Positions 45,431 to 52,962 of a stretch of 52,962 bases of DNA are shown piece after piece (position 1 is the stretch's first letter; the number at the start of each line of letters is the position of its first letter). The position numbers and the translations under genes are program-made. This DNA comes from a virus (taxonomy: Duplodnaviria > Caudoviricetes), in the IMG/VR virus record IMGVR_UViG_3300030380_000587, positions 1 to 52,962 of that record. One strand, given 5' to 3'. The notes beneath the pieces were generated by a model. It was given only the letters and a program-made list of their open reading frames with translations, had not been told where the DNA came from and searched no databases.

Positions 45431-47147
45431 TCCAATTCCCTCCTATTTTATATTCGCCATCTAAAGGACAGCGAAGGTTAAAACTTTCTCCAGCTTTGAT
45501 AATACTATCAACAGCAAGAGAGCCTGTAAATTCTGCTTGACTTTCTTTAACTTCTATTTGCCATTCATCATGTATGTTAGCAACAAACTTATAATCAATA
45601 GTGTTTAAACGTAACATTAAATCTAAATCAACAAGAGCTTTCTTCATAACAATAGAACCTGCTCCCTGTAATAATGTATTCAATGCCGAGTGTTGATTTC
45701 TAACATATAACTTTCTACCATCTATTCCTTTGAGGTAAGTTTTTGTAGATGCTCTTTGTACTCTATCTCTAAGAGATTTAAATGAAGGCTTATTATCGAA
45801 GAAATGTTGTCTAGCTCTTCGACCATCTGCCTTACTTCCTCCAACCACACTTCCAAGCTTTTCATCTCCTGCTCCGTACATGAGTGCATAGATGAATGTT
45901 TTTGCCTTATCTCTAGATTCAAGCTGTGCAAGTCTTTGATTGGCGGTGTGAATGTCTCCGTTAATGATTTCATTTATAAACTCCTCGTCAGCCATATAGT
46001 GTGCTAACATTCTTATTTCTAGTCCACTAGCATCTACTCCTAGTAAAACATTACCTTCTTCTACAGTCCAACATGCTCTGCATTCCTTACCGAAAGGGCT
46101 AGATACACTTGGTACTTGTGCCATGTTAGGATTACGATGAGTCATACGACCTGTTATCGTACCGTTAGGTATGACAAACCCATGTACTCTTCCATCATCT
46201 GTGACTGCTTCAAACCATGAATCAATCTGTGCAATTCTTTTCTGTAGTAATAAAAAGTCTGCAATCAATTTAGCTTCATGTATGTGCGTTATCTTTGATA
46301 ATGTTTTCTCATCTACAATAGGCTGACCTGTTGGTGTAAATCTATCTGGCTTCCACCCAAAATCAATTAGGTATTCTCCAATCTGTTTACGACTACCAAG
46401 ATTAAACTCTTGTAAAGTCTTACGCATGAATGGATTATAGTTGGAAGTGTTTAAACAGTTTGTATATTCTTCATCCGTGAGTCCACGTTTAGAAAGTTGT
46501 CCATCCTTTTTAATGTATGGAGTAACTAACTTACTATCTACCCACTTAGGTTTAAACGTCTTCTGTACCTCATCCTCAATGGCTTGTTTCTTTTCTCTTA
46601 ACTCTGCTAACAAAAGTTCAGCGTGTAAGATGTCAAACTTAAATCCATTTGTCTCTTGCTGCTTTATGATACGAGCTACACCTTGTTCTAACTCGATGGA
46701 ATCTTTTGAGAATCCTTTACTTTCTTTTCTTAGTTCTTTGAAGACTTGAGTATTAAGTTGTACATCTCTTACACAATAGTCTAGCATTTCTTGAGAGTAA
46801 TTTAAATAATCATTGAAGTCAATCTTGTTGAATCCTAATTTGTATCCCCAATTTTCTAAGCTATGTCCACCCTCTCTAGTTGGGTTGAATAGTCTGGATA
46901 AAACTAGCGTATCTATTACAGGTATCTTTGATAAATCTACATCACTAAACTTATGTATCATAGGTATATCAAATCCAATAATGTTATGACCAATTAAAGT
47001 ATCAGCAGTAGCTAAGAACTCATAACCTTTTTGTAATTCATCTGGTGTAAACTTAAATATCTGACCAGTTAAAGGGTCTTGAGCTACAATACACCACACC
47101 TTCGTGGCGTTTAAATCATCTGTCTCTATGTCAAATACTAAATCCAT
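45417..47147 (-). CDS. Family A DNA polymerase (T7 gp5-like) with 3'-5' exonuclease
   Basis: FDIETD, GHNIIGFD, YCVRD; motif A DASGLE, motif B KTFIYALMYG, motif C HDE. Confidence 0.95.
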   Translation of the reverse strand: MDLVFDIETDDLNATKVWCIVAQDPLTGQIFKFTPDELQKGYEFLATADTLIGHNIIGFDIPMIHKFSDVDLSKIPVIDTLVLSRLFNPTREGGHSLENWGYKLGFNKIDFNDYLNYSQEMLDYCVRDVQLNTQVFKELRKESKGFSKDSIELEQGVARIIKQQETNGFKFDILHAELLLAELREKKQAIEDEVQKTFKPKWVDSKLVTPYIKKDGQLSKRGLTDEEYTNCLNTSNYNPFMRKTLQEFNLGSRKQIGEYLIDFGWKPDRFTPTGQPIVDEKTLSKITHIHEAKLIADFLLLQKRIAQIDSWFEAVTDDGRVHGFVIPNGTITGRMTHRNPNMAQVPSVSSPFGKECRACWTVEEGNVLLGVDASGLEIRMLAHYMADEEFINEIINGDIHTANQRLAQLESRDKAKTFIYALMYGAGDEKLGSVVGGSKADGRRARQHFFDNKPSFKSLRDRVQRASTKTYLKGIDGRKLYVRNQHSALNTLLQGAGSIVMKKALVDLDLMLRLNTIDYKFVANIHDEWQIEVKESQAEFTGSLAVDSIIKAGESFNLRCPLDGEYKIGGNWSETH

Positions 47148-47149
47148 AA

Positions 47150-48811
47150 TTAAAATGCTTCGTCTGAATCATCATCAAACATTATATCATCATTACTAAC
47201 TTCAGTCAATCTTCCTGTATCATTATCATACATAACACTACAAGCCATTCCAACATCTCCTGTGTATCTTGATTTTAATATACGCATCCTTGTTGTTCTC
47301 GCTTCTTCTGCATCGTCTGACTGTTGATTACGTTCCAATGCTATCACACAATCACTTAATTGTCCAATACTATTTGAACCTCTAAGATGAGAGAGTGATA
47401 CCTCAATACCATTCTCATGTCCTTTGTTACCATCTACTCTACGTAAGTGGGAAACTAAAATAATACCAGCACCTGTTTCTTCTACTAAGCTTCTAAGTCT
47501 TGTCATAATAGAATCAATGGCACGTCTCTCATCTCCTTCATGCACCGCACTAACTAACATATGTAAATGGTCTACCACTACCCACTTACAATCACATCCG
47601 ATAATCATAAATCTTAGTTTGGTAAAGATGTCATCGATGTCGTTAGTTCCAAAATGAGAATGTACCCATACTCTGTTCTTGTTGTCCCCATCATACAAGA
47701 TGTCAAACATCTTATCTAATTCTTCAACAGAAAACTTCTCTCGTTCTTGGTCAATGTAAAGTCTGGCGTTAGCTTCGATAGATAAGATACCATCGATAGT
47801 TCTTCTCCAGTCCTCTTCAAGTGCTATGATACCAACGTTATCCTTTGTCTCTTTGATAAGCCAATGCTCTAGTTCTCTAGTAACACTTGACTTACCTAGT
47901 CCTGTACCACCTGTAAGAGTTACAAGTTCTCCTTGTCTGAGTCCATATAGTTTCTTATTCAATCCTTTGTAAGGATAAGGAACACTTTGCTTCTTCTCTC
48001 TGTTGTGGAACTTATCTCGCTGCTCTGAGACATTGATAACACCAGATGGGGTATAGACTTTAGCTGCCCACCATGATTCAACAAACTCTTTATGCTTGTT
48101 ATTTTTAAGCATATCGTTAGGGTCTTTGTACCCATTGGGGAGTGTAACTATCTTAGCCTTACTAGGTTTAAACAGCCTCGCTACCTTTACTGCTGCTTCC
48201 TTCCCTGCCTTGTCATTATCAAATGCAATGATTACATTTTCAAATTCATCAAAGAACTCTAGGCTTTCTTTAACATCACGTACAGCTCCTTGAGCACCAC
48301 GTTTGATGGATACTACAGCCCATTTACTTCCTAGCAATTCGTAAGCTGCCATAGCATCACACTCCCCTTCCGTTATCGTGACATACTTGCCACTCTTGAA
48401 GAGTTGTTGTCCGAACAATCCTGTTTCATTATAAGTACCAGCTACGAAGAAGTCTTTAGTCTTCACGTGCCGACACTTAGTACCTGCTAGTTCATGTCCG
48501 TTGTAGTAAGGGTAAAAGTGTTTGATGACATTACCTTGATGGTCATGTGCTACCTTTACTCCATACTTAGTAGCAGTAGGCTGAGAGATTTTTCTGTCAG
48601 ACAAAGCTGCAAATATTCCCTCATCTACTACGTCAGGTTTTTTAGTTTCAGTTTGAAATTCCATATCTTTTCCCTCACATGATTTATTATAGTCAGGCAT
48701 AAACTCCCCGCAACTGAAACACTTTGCTGAACCATCTTCGTTGATTCCGACAGCATCACTACTATCACAAAGCGGACAAGGTTGATGAACTTTATCCCAA
48801 GTTTTTTCCAT
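47150..48811 (-). CDS. Primase-helicase (T7 gp4-like)
   Basis: CPLC/CFSC zinc finger, TOPRIM EGE.D and FDND, GGTGLGKS, VDHL, LRGS. Confidence 0.95.
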   Translation of the reverse strand: MEKTWDKVHQPCPLCDSSDAVGINEDGSAKCFSCGEFMPDYNKSCEGKDMEFQTETKKPDVVDEGIFAALSDRKISQPTATKYGVKVAHDHQGNVIKHFYPYYNGHELAGTKCRHVKTKDFFVAGTYNETGLFGQQLFKSGKYVTITEGECDAMAAYELLGSKWAVVSIKRGAQGAVRDVKESLEFFDEFENVIIAFDNDKAGKEAAVKVARLFKPSKAKIVTLPNGYKDPNDMLKNNKHKEFVESWWAAKVYTPSGVINVSEQRDKFHNREKKQSVPYPYKGLNKKLYGLRQGELVTLTGGTGLGKSSVTRELEHWLIKETKDNVGIIALEEDWRRTIDGILSIEANARLYIDQEREKFSVEELDKMFDILYDGDNKNRVWVHSHFGTNDIDDIFTKLRFMIIGCDCKWVVVDHLHMLVSAVHEGDERRAIDSIMTRLRSLVEETGAGIILVSHLRRVDGNKGHENGIEVSLSHLRGSNSIGQLSDCVIALERNQQSDDAEEARTTRMRILKSRYTGDVGMACSVMYDNDTGRLTEVSNDDIMFDDDSDEAF

Positions 48812-48828
48812 GTTAGCCCTCCGACTGT

Positions 48829-49095
48829 TTAAACGTTATCTGTTGATTCTTCTTCTATAGTTTCTGCATCCTCAACAGGCTCATCATTTTCTACCATAGC
48901 TTCAGGAGTTTCTTTTAAAAGATTCTCCAGATTACTTCTATGAGTAGAACTAGCAAACTGTAAAGCCTCTATAATAGTTTCTAAACTTCCTACCTTTGAG
49001 ATAGTTACAGTTGCTCCACGTTTCTTATCCTCATCTGCTATTTTATTAACATCGTATTGAATTTCCCCGTCATCATTTTTAATATTGATAATCAT
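48829..49095 (-). CDS. Hypothetical protein
   Basis: 88 aa; its stop lies within a GTTTAAAC. Confidence 0.75.
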   Translation of the reverse strand: MIINIKNDDGEIQYDVNKIADEDKKRGATVTISKVGSLETIIEALQFASSTHRSNLENLLKETPEAMVENDEPVEDAETIEEESTDNV

Positions 49096-49097
49096 AA

Positions 49098-49517
49098 TTA
49101 AAATTCCTCGTTATCAGAGTCTCCCTCTGAATCATATTCTACTAAGTTAAGAACTTTTACAGCCATAAGTTCTGCAAACGTCCCGTAATTTCCTGTATAA
49201 GGCTTTATCTTAACCCTTACAGTTGAGCCATTTCCAACAGCAACATCAAGCGGATTACCTTCTCCATCTAATAACTTAGGTGCAGCGTTAGGCGTACCAT
49301 CTTTTCTGTTGGCATGTCTACTAAAAGAGAATGCAGGTTCATCATACTTGAGTTGACCATCTCTGGTTCTCACTTGTTTTAAACCTAGACCCTCTAGTCT
49401 ATTAGCAGTATCCTCATCTGTAAGCACAACGATTTGATACTTATGTGGTTCAAATCTCCTGTTAGGTGTGCTGACATTAGCATACATACTCTTTCCATCT
49501 AAATACTCATACTCCAT
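49098..49517 (-). CDS. Single-stranded DNA-binding protein (gp2.5-like)
   Basis: VGNGS.V, L.AV.V..LVEY, acidic tail ending in F; upstream of the primase. Confidence 0.8.
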   Translation of the reverse strand: MEYEYLDGKSMYANVSTPNRRFEPHKYQIVVLTDEDTANRLEGLGLKQVRTRDGQLKYDEPAFSFSRHANRKDGTPNAAPKLLDGEGNPLDVAVGNGSTVRVKIKPYTGNYGTFAELMAVKVLNLVEYDSEGDSDNEEF

Positions 49518-49552
49518 AGTTTTATCCTCCGTAGGTTGTATTAAGTGTTGCC

Positions 49553-49581
49553 ATTATATCATACTTTGGCTTTGAGTTCAA
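49553..49581 (-). promoter_or_regulatory. sigma70 promoter for the replication operon
   Basis: TTGAAC-17 nt-TATAAT with extended -10 TG. Confidence 0.75.
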
Positions 49582-49607
49582 TAGTTTTTTGAAATTAATT
49601 TGAGATT

Positions 49608-49825
49608 GTTTAAACGGGTGGCAGTACTTGGTGTAGTTCTTATCCTGCTTCATCCACAACCTTTCACAAACCTGATTGATAAGGGGAAAGGATTTTACGG
49701 TGGCTCTAGCACCACGTTTAAACGTTTCAAAAGGAGCTGGTTTTAAGGGCACAAGACCAGAAACTTGCACGACTGAATCGAATACCATAGGTTTAAAAGG
49801 AAATTTATGAGGGCTATTCCTATGA
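49608..49825. ncRNA. Candidate structured non-coding RNA
   Basis: GC-richer intergenic tract with five consecutive predicted stems; strand uncertain. Confidence 0.4.
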
Positions 49826-50020
49826 TACGCCACGAACATTCTCATCATTGTATTTAAAAAATTCATCCCAACAAAAACTAACATCTTTAAGAAAAGAAAT
49901 CTTAAAAAAATCATCAATGTGCTCAACCATATAACCAAACTGATTTGGCTGTGAGCTGATGAAGTTTTGAAAGTTTCTATACTCATCCCTCGTTAATGTC
50001 CTTGTCTTGTTGTCAATCAT
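49820..50020 (-). CDS. Hypothetical protein, probably leaderless
   Basis: ATG 50020 follows TATAAT by 7 nt; the ORF-track start 50029 lies within the -10 box. Confidence 0.65.
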   Translation of the reverse strand: MIDNKTRTLTRDEYRNFQNFISSQPNQFGYMVEHIDDFFKISFLKDVSFCWDEFFKYNDENVRGVS

Positions 50021-50027
50021 GTCAGGC

Positions 50028-50056
50028 ATTATAACATATCTCCTTTGTAAAGTCCA
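50028..50056 (-). promoter_or_regulatory. sigma70 promoter
   Basis: TGGACT-17 nt-TATAAT with extended -10 TG. Confidence 0.65.
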
Positions 50057-50063
50057 GCGTTAT

Positions 50064-50261
50064 TTAAAAATATTTATTTAAAACTTCTAGCTTATCGTTG
50101 TAATCTGATATAGCTTGTAGCTCTTCTTCAATAGTCTTCAATAAGTCTGGATGTTCTGGAACTCCTACCGCTTTGTCTAGCATTATGTTTACGTTCATAA
50201 TGTGCCAACCAATCAAGCCTTCTAAATTATTTTTTAGTGCTTGTATAATCTCTTCTCTCAT
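50064..50261 (-). CDS. Conserved small phage protein
   Basis: 65 aa; H..N......VGV.EHPD....IE.EL.......DKLE.L.KYF family. Confidence 0.8.
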   Translation of the reverse strand: MREEIIQALKNNLEGLIGWHIMNVNIMLDKAVGVPEHPDLLKTIEEELQAISDYNDKLEVLNKYF

Positions 50262-50262
50262 A

Positions 50263-50562
50263 CTACCCTCCTAAGAATAGTTTTAAAATACCGCTAAACA
50301 ATATCACTACTGCTACCGCATTTAAAATAATTAATGCTCTGTCTTTCCACAGAACCCCTACCCACAACCAACCTAAACATCCTACAAAGGATAGTAATAA
50401 ATCAAACTGTGGTAAAACTTGTGCACCTCTAAACGACATTGCTACTAACATGATGGCTGATGCTGACCATTTAACATACCAAGATAAATCATACTTAGGT
50501 GTTGCTGATTTAAATATTCTTTTAGAATTTTCTAATTCTTTTTTAGAAAAGTTTTGTGTCAT
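50263..50562 (-). CDS. Small 3-TM membrane protein
   Basis: WYVKW..S, GWLWVG.LW.DRALI.LN; start 50562 from an ATGA overlap. Confidence 0.75.
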   Translation of the reverse strand: MTQNFSKKELENSKRIFKSATPKYDLSWYVKWSASAIMLVAMSFRGAQVLPQFDLLLSFVGCLGWLWVGVLWKDRALIILNAVAVVILFSGILKLFLGG

Positions 50563-50693
50563 ACCATATACCTTGTATCTATGATATAGCAATCTTGTTT
50601 AAACGTTCTGTCGCAAATACTAAAAGCTACGATAAAACAAGCCAACATAAAAAACAAATAAATAAAATCTCTTCCATTAAATTGTGGTGTCAT
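50559..50693 (-). CDS. 44-aa membrane peptide (not in ORF track)
   Basis: MTPQFNGRDFIYLFFMLACFIVAFSICDRTFKQDCYIIDTRYMV; ATGA overlaps at both ends. Confidence 0.65.
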   Translation of the reverse strand: MTPQFNGRDFIYLFFMLACFIVAFSICDRTFKQDCYIIDTRYMV

Positions 50694-50962
50694 GCTCCAC
50701 CTCTGCAATATAAATCTATTAATTCTTGACCTGTCTTTTCTTCTCCAAAAGTATGTATTGTCTCTCCATATTTTTTTCTAACAATCAATCCATTATTGTA
50801 TTCTATGTCCATAACCTTACCAACCTCAGTATCCCAAGGTCTATCATCATACCACATAGATTTTAAGCTGTGAATATGTACCGCTTTAGGAACTTTTGCC
50901 CACTCTTCTGCTTCAAGTAGCAACCTTTGTTGACTAACCCTATCATCATGCTCTGTCATCAT
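50690..50962 (-). CDS. Hypothetical protein
   Basis: 90 aa, GGAGG SD. Confidence 0.75.
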   Translation of the reverse strand: MMTEHDDRVSQQRLLLEAEEWAKVPKAVHIHSLKSMWYDDRPWDTEVGKVMDIEYNNGLIVRKKYGETIHTFGEEKTGQELIDLYCRGGA

Positions 50963-51080
50963 AGTCCTCCTCTCCTAACACATCCTCACTATACTCATTT
51001 GTATCTACTATCGGTGCATTATTGTAGTAATCATCTACAACATCATCAATATTTATAATTCTTTTTGTATCATCACTCAT
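50946..51080 (-). CDS. 44-aa highly acidic protein (not in ORF track)
   Basis: MSDDTKRIINIDDVVDDYYNNAPIVDTNEYSEDVLGEEDYDDRA; AAGGA SD; first ORF after the promoter at 51165-51193. Confidence 0.65.
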   Translation of the reverse strand: MSDDTKRIINIDDVVDDYYNNAPIVDTNEYSEDVLGEEDYDDRA

Positions 51081-51164
51081 ATTTATATCCTTTTTAAAAT
51101 ATTTTAATTATTTAATTTATTAATTATTATAATTATTTGTTTGATACCTTAAAAAATTTAAAAG

Positions 51165-51193
51165 ATTATAACATTTTTTATAAGGTAAGTCAA
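51165..51193 (-). promoter_or_regulatory. sigma70 promoter
   Basis: TTGACT-17 nt-TATAAT with extended -10 TG, within a very AT-rich gap. Confidence 0.8.
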
Positions 51194-51219
51194 ACACTTT
51201 GTTAATTAATTGAGTCTGT

Positions 51220-51459
51220 TTAAACATACTCTACTACTGGTTCTATTTGAAATGCCCAACACCAATGACCATTATCTAAGTCAAGGATTTGATTACGTTC
51301 TTGTATATGCCACCAATCAATCTCCTCTACTGGAATACCTTCTTTACTTCCGTTAGAATAGTTTAGCTGGATTCCTGTTACCATTACCTTTCTAGGTTCT
51401 TCCATACCAAAGCTACCTCTCCATAGAACATCATCTCCTATTCTTAATGTATCACTCAT
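51220..51459 (-). CDS. Hypothetical protein
   Basis: 79 aa, GGAGG SD; stop lies inside a GTTTAAAC. Confidence 0.8.
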   Translation of the reverse strand: MSDTLRIGDDVLWRGSFGMEEPRKVMVTGIQLNYSNGSKEGIPVEEIDWWHIQERNQILDLDNGHWCWAFQIEPVVEYV

Positions 51460-51670
51460 TGTCTTCCTCCTTGTTATCTTTAACTAATTGTAGTGTTGGT
51501 TTATCTTTTATTTCAAAGTCTGGTGTAAATGTTATCAAAGGTTCGATAGGTTGTCCATTCATATCCCAAGTATCTATAATTAATTCATCTGTTGAATCAT
51601 CAATGTAGATTATCTTACCTGTTGATGTTGTTATGTAAGCTACGTTGTCTGCTTTTACTTCTATAATCAT
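51452..51670 (-). CDS. Hypothetical protein
   Basis: Likely start MIIEVK at 51670 (GGAGG SD, ATGA overlap). Confidence 0.7.
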   Translation of the reverse strand: MIIEVKADNVAYITTSTGKIIYIDDSTDELIIDTWDMNGQPIEPLITFTPDFEIKDKPTLQLVKDNKEEDNE

Positions 51671-52158
51671 GCTACCTCCCTTGTCCACCAGTCTGGTCTG
51701 GCTCTGCCTTTCTCCCACTTAGCGTAATGCTTCTCATTGATACAGTAATCTCTGTACGCTTTAATAGGGTTATCGTTCTTGTATTCATCTGGCATAGCTT
51801 GTGCAAGTGGTGTCATACTTTTTTTAGTAATGTTTGGTATCTTTTTTAAAGGTTCTTTTAGTTTAGTTATACTTGCATGTTCTCTCCCATATCTAAACTT
51901 ATACTCGCTACCTAAAGCTAGGAAGTGTACATACAACCAAAGATAATTTAATCTAGATTCTCTTGCCCATACAGTACATGGATGATTCCAGTATGCTCGT
52001 TTGTAAAGTCCTACACTATCTGCATATTCATCTCCATCTATTTCTCTATGTGCTGTGCATAACATCTGTGCTGTTTCCAATGGCATTTTTACCAACATCT
52101 TATCAGGTTGTGCTATTGCACACTCTATTGGGCTATCATCAAAATAAAATATATTCAT
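51667..52158 (-). CDS. Pyrimidine-dimer DNA glycosylase (DenV-like) family protein
   Basis: MNIF..D..P...A....DK..VKM.LE.AQML, HPCTVWAR, EY..RYG..H, AYR.Y. Confidence 0.7.
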   Translation of the reverse strand: MNIFYFDDSPIECAIAQPDKMLVKMPLETAQMLCTAHREIDGDEYADSVGLYKRAYWNHPCTVWARESRLNYLWLYVHFLALGSEYKFRYGREHASITKLKEPLKKIPNITKKSMTPLAQAMPDEYKNDNPIKAYRDYCINEKHYAKWEKGRARPDWWTREVA

Positions 52159-52168
52159 AGTTCCTCCT

Positions 52169-52486
52169 TTATTTTATCCAACATTTATATCCTGTGCATT
52201 TGTCAAGTGTATCTCCACAATGCTCACAATAATCTTCATCTTGTTTAAACATATCCTGTTGATATTCATTAGCCATATCATCTAACTCTTTAGAAGATAA
52301 GCCACCTGTTGCATGATGAGATAGAAACTTTATCAGTAAAGTCGTATCATCATCATTGCTTTGATTATCATACATGAACTCGCAACAGTCGTCAAACAAA
52401 TCAGGTCTGTCATGTATCTGCCAGAGTCTGTTTAAACGTTCTCGTATCTGATACATTTGCTCCGTTTTAATTAAGTCATTATCCAT
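52169..52486 (-). CDS. Hypothetical protein with C-terminal Cys cluster
   Basis: Likely start MDNDLIK (GGAGG SD); CEHC.....C....C at the C-terminus. Confidence 0.7.
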   Translation of the reverse strand: MDNDLIKTEQMYQIRERLNRLWQIHDRPDLFDDCCEFMYDNQSNDDDTTLLIKFLSHHATGGLSSKELDDMANEYQQDMFKQDEDYCEHCGDTLDKCTGYKCWIK

Positions 52487-52736
52487 TAAGTCCCTCCACA
52501 AAATCCCAACCATCTGTTAATATATTTTCTTTGTCTGCCCATTTATAATCTGGGTCGCCAATATCTCCATCATGTTCTGCTGTGCTACCATCTTTATATG
52601 TAATGTAAAGCGTTCCATATTTGATATAGTAATCGTCTACCTCATTAAAGTCAACTCCTAATTCTTCTAAATCAAAAGTAATTGGTGCTTGATAGATACA
52701 CTCAATGTATCTTGGTTTGTCGCTATCTACGTTCAT
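52479..52736 (-). CDS. Small acidic early protein
   Basis: 85 aa, preceded by GGAGGTTTAAAC; YYIKYGTLYI...DG motif. Confidence 0.8.
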   Translation of the reverse strand: MNVDSDKPRYIECIYQAPITFDLEELGVDFNEVDDYYIKYGTLYITYKDGSTAEHDGDIGDPDYKWADKENILTDGWDFVEGLNG

Positions 52737-52753
52737 ACTGTTTAAACCTCCTC
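52661..52753. repeat. Copy 2 of left flank (matches 1-93)
   Basis: Direct comparison; one mismatch. Confidence 0.95.
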
Positions 52754-52888
52754 AAATTTATCTTCATAAAAATACACAACAGCTACAGTTCCTTTTGTCG
52801 CACTCTCATGTACACTAAAATCTACATCATAAAACTCATTGTCAAGCCTGTCAAGTAATTCTTGTTCACTCAATTTATCTTTGTCCAT
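52742..52888 (-). CDS. 48-aa acidic early protein (cassette allele B; not in ORF track)
   Basis: MDKDKLSEQELLDRLDNEFYDVDFSVHESATKGTVAVVYFYEDKFEEV; bounded by repeats at 52740 and 52892. Confidence 0.8.
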   Translation of the reverse strand: MDKDKLSEQELLDRLDNEFYDVDFSVHESATKGTVAVVYFYEDKFEEV

Positions 52889-52962
52889 AACGTTTAAACC
52901 TCCCCTTCTAAATCTTTTATTAATTCTTCTGCATCATCTTCATCATAAGACTTTTGCTCTAT
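52882..52962. repeat. Copy 2 of right flank (matches 297-377)
   Basis: 81-bp exact match; encodes the C-terminus of the 309-533 gene. Confidence 0.95.

Noticed and set aside
40602-48682. Alternate-frame and plus-strand ORFs within nrdAB, polymerase and primase
   Set aside because: They overlap well-supported genes and lack motifs; the main genes appear uninterrupted by introns or inteins.
49522-49986. 154-aa minus-strand ORF
   Set aside because: Overlaps a better-supported gene, crosses a promoter and the structured tract, and has atypical composition.

Overview
This window is an apparently complete, circularly permuted genome of an AT-rich lytic podovirus-type phage (~53 kb), probably marine and probably infecting a proteobacterium (inferred from iscU, curli genes and a ROSE-like thermometer). 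It has two arms. The + strand arm (3079-40073) encodes terminase, portal, scaffold, capsid, tail tube, three fibres, internal virion proteins and lysis genes, followed by an accessory operon: csgF, csgG, curlin-like protein, FecR-domain protein, CHASE2 adenylate cyclase and Hsp20. The - strand arm (52962-40195, continuing 2477-1) encodes early small genes, SSB, primase-helicase, family A DNA polymerase, nucleases and a class I ribonucleotide reductase. No phage RNA polymerase, integrase, tRNA or CRISPR array was recognised; several near-perfect sigma70 promoters are present. Highlights: (1) early genes form an array of mini-cassettes delimited by the 12-bp repeat GGAGGTTTAAAC, and the two window ends show the same slot filled by two unrelated genes; (2) a curli-secretion/FecR/CHASE2-cyclase operon; (3) a ROSE-like RNA thermometer, several structured intergenic RNAs, leaderless genes and apparent GATC/CCWGG avoidance. 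All motif counts are manual and family calls come from motif recognition, not database searches.
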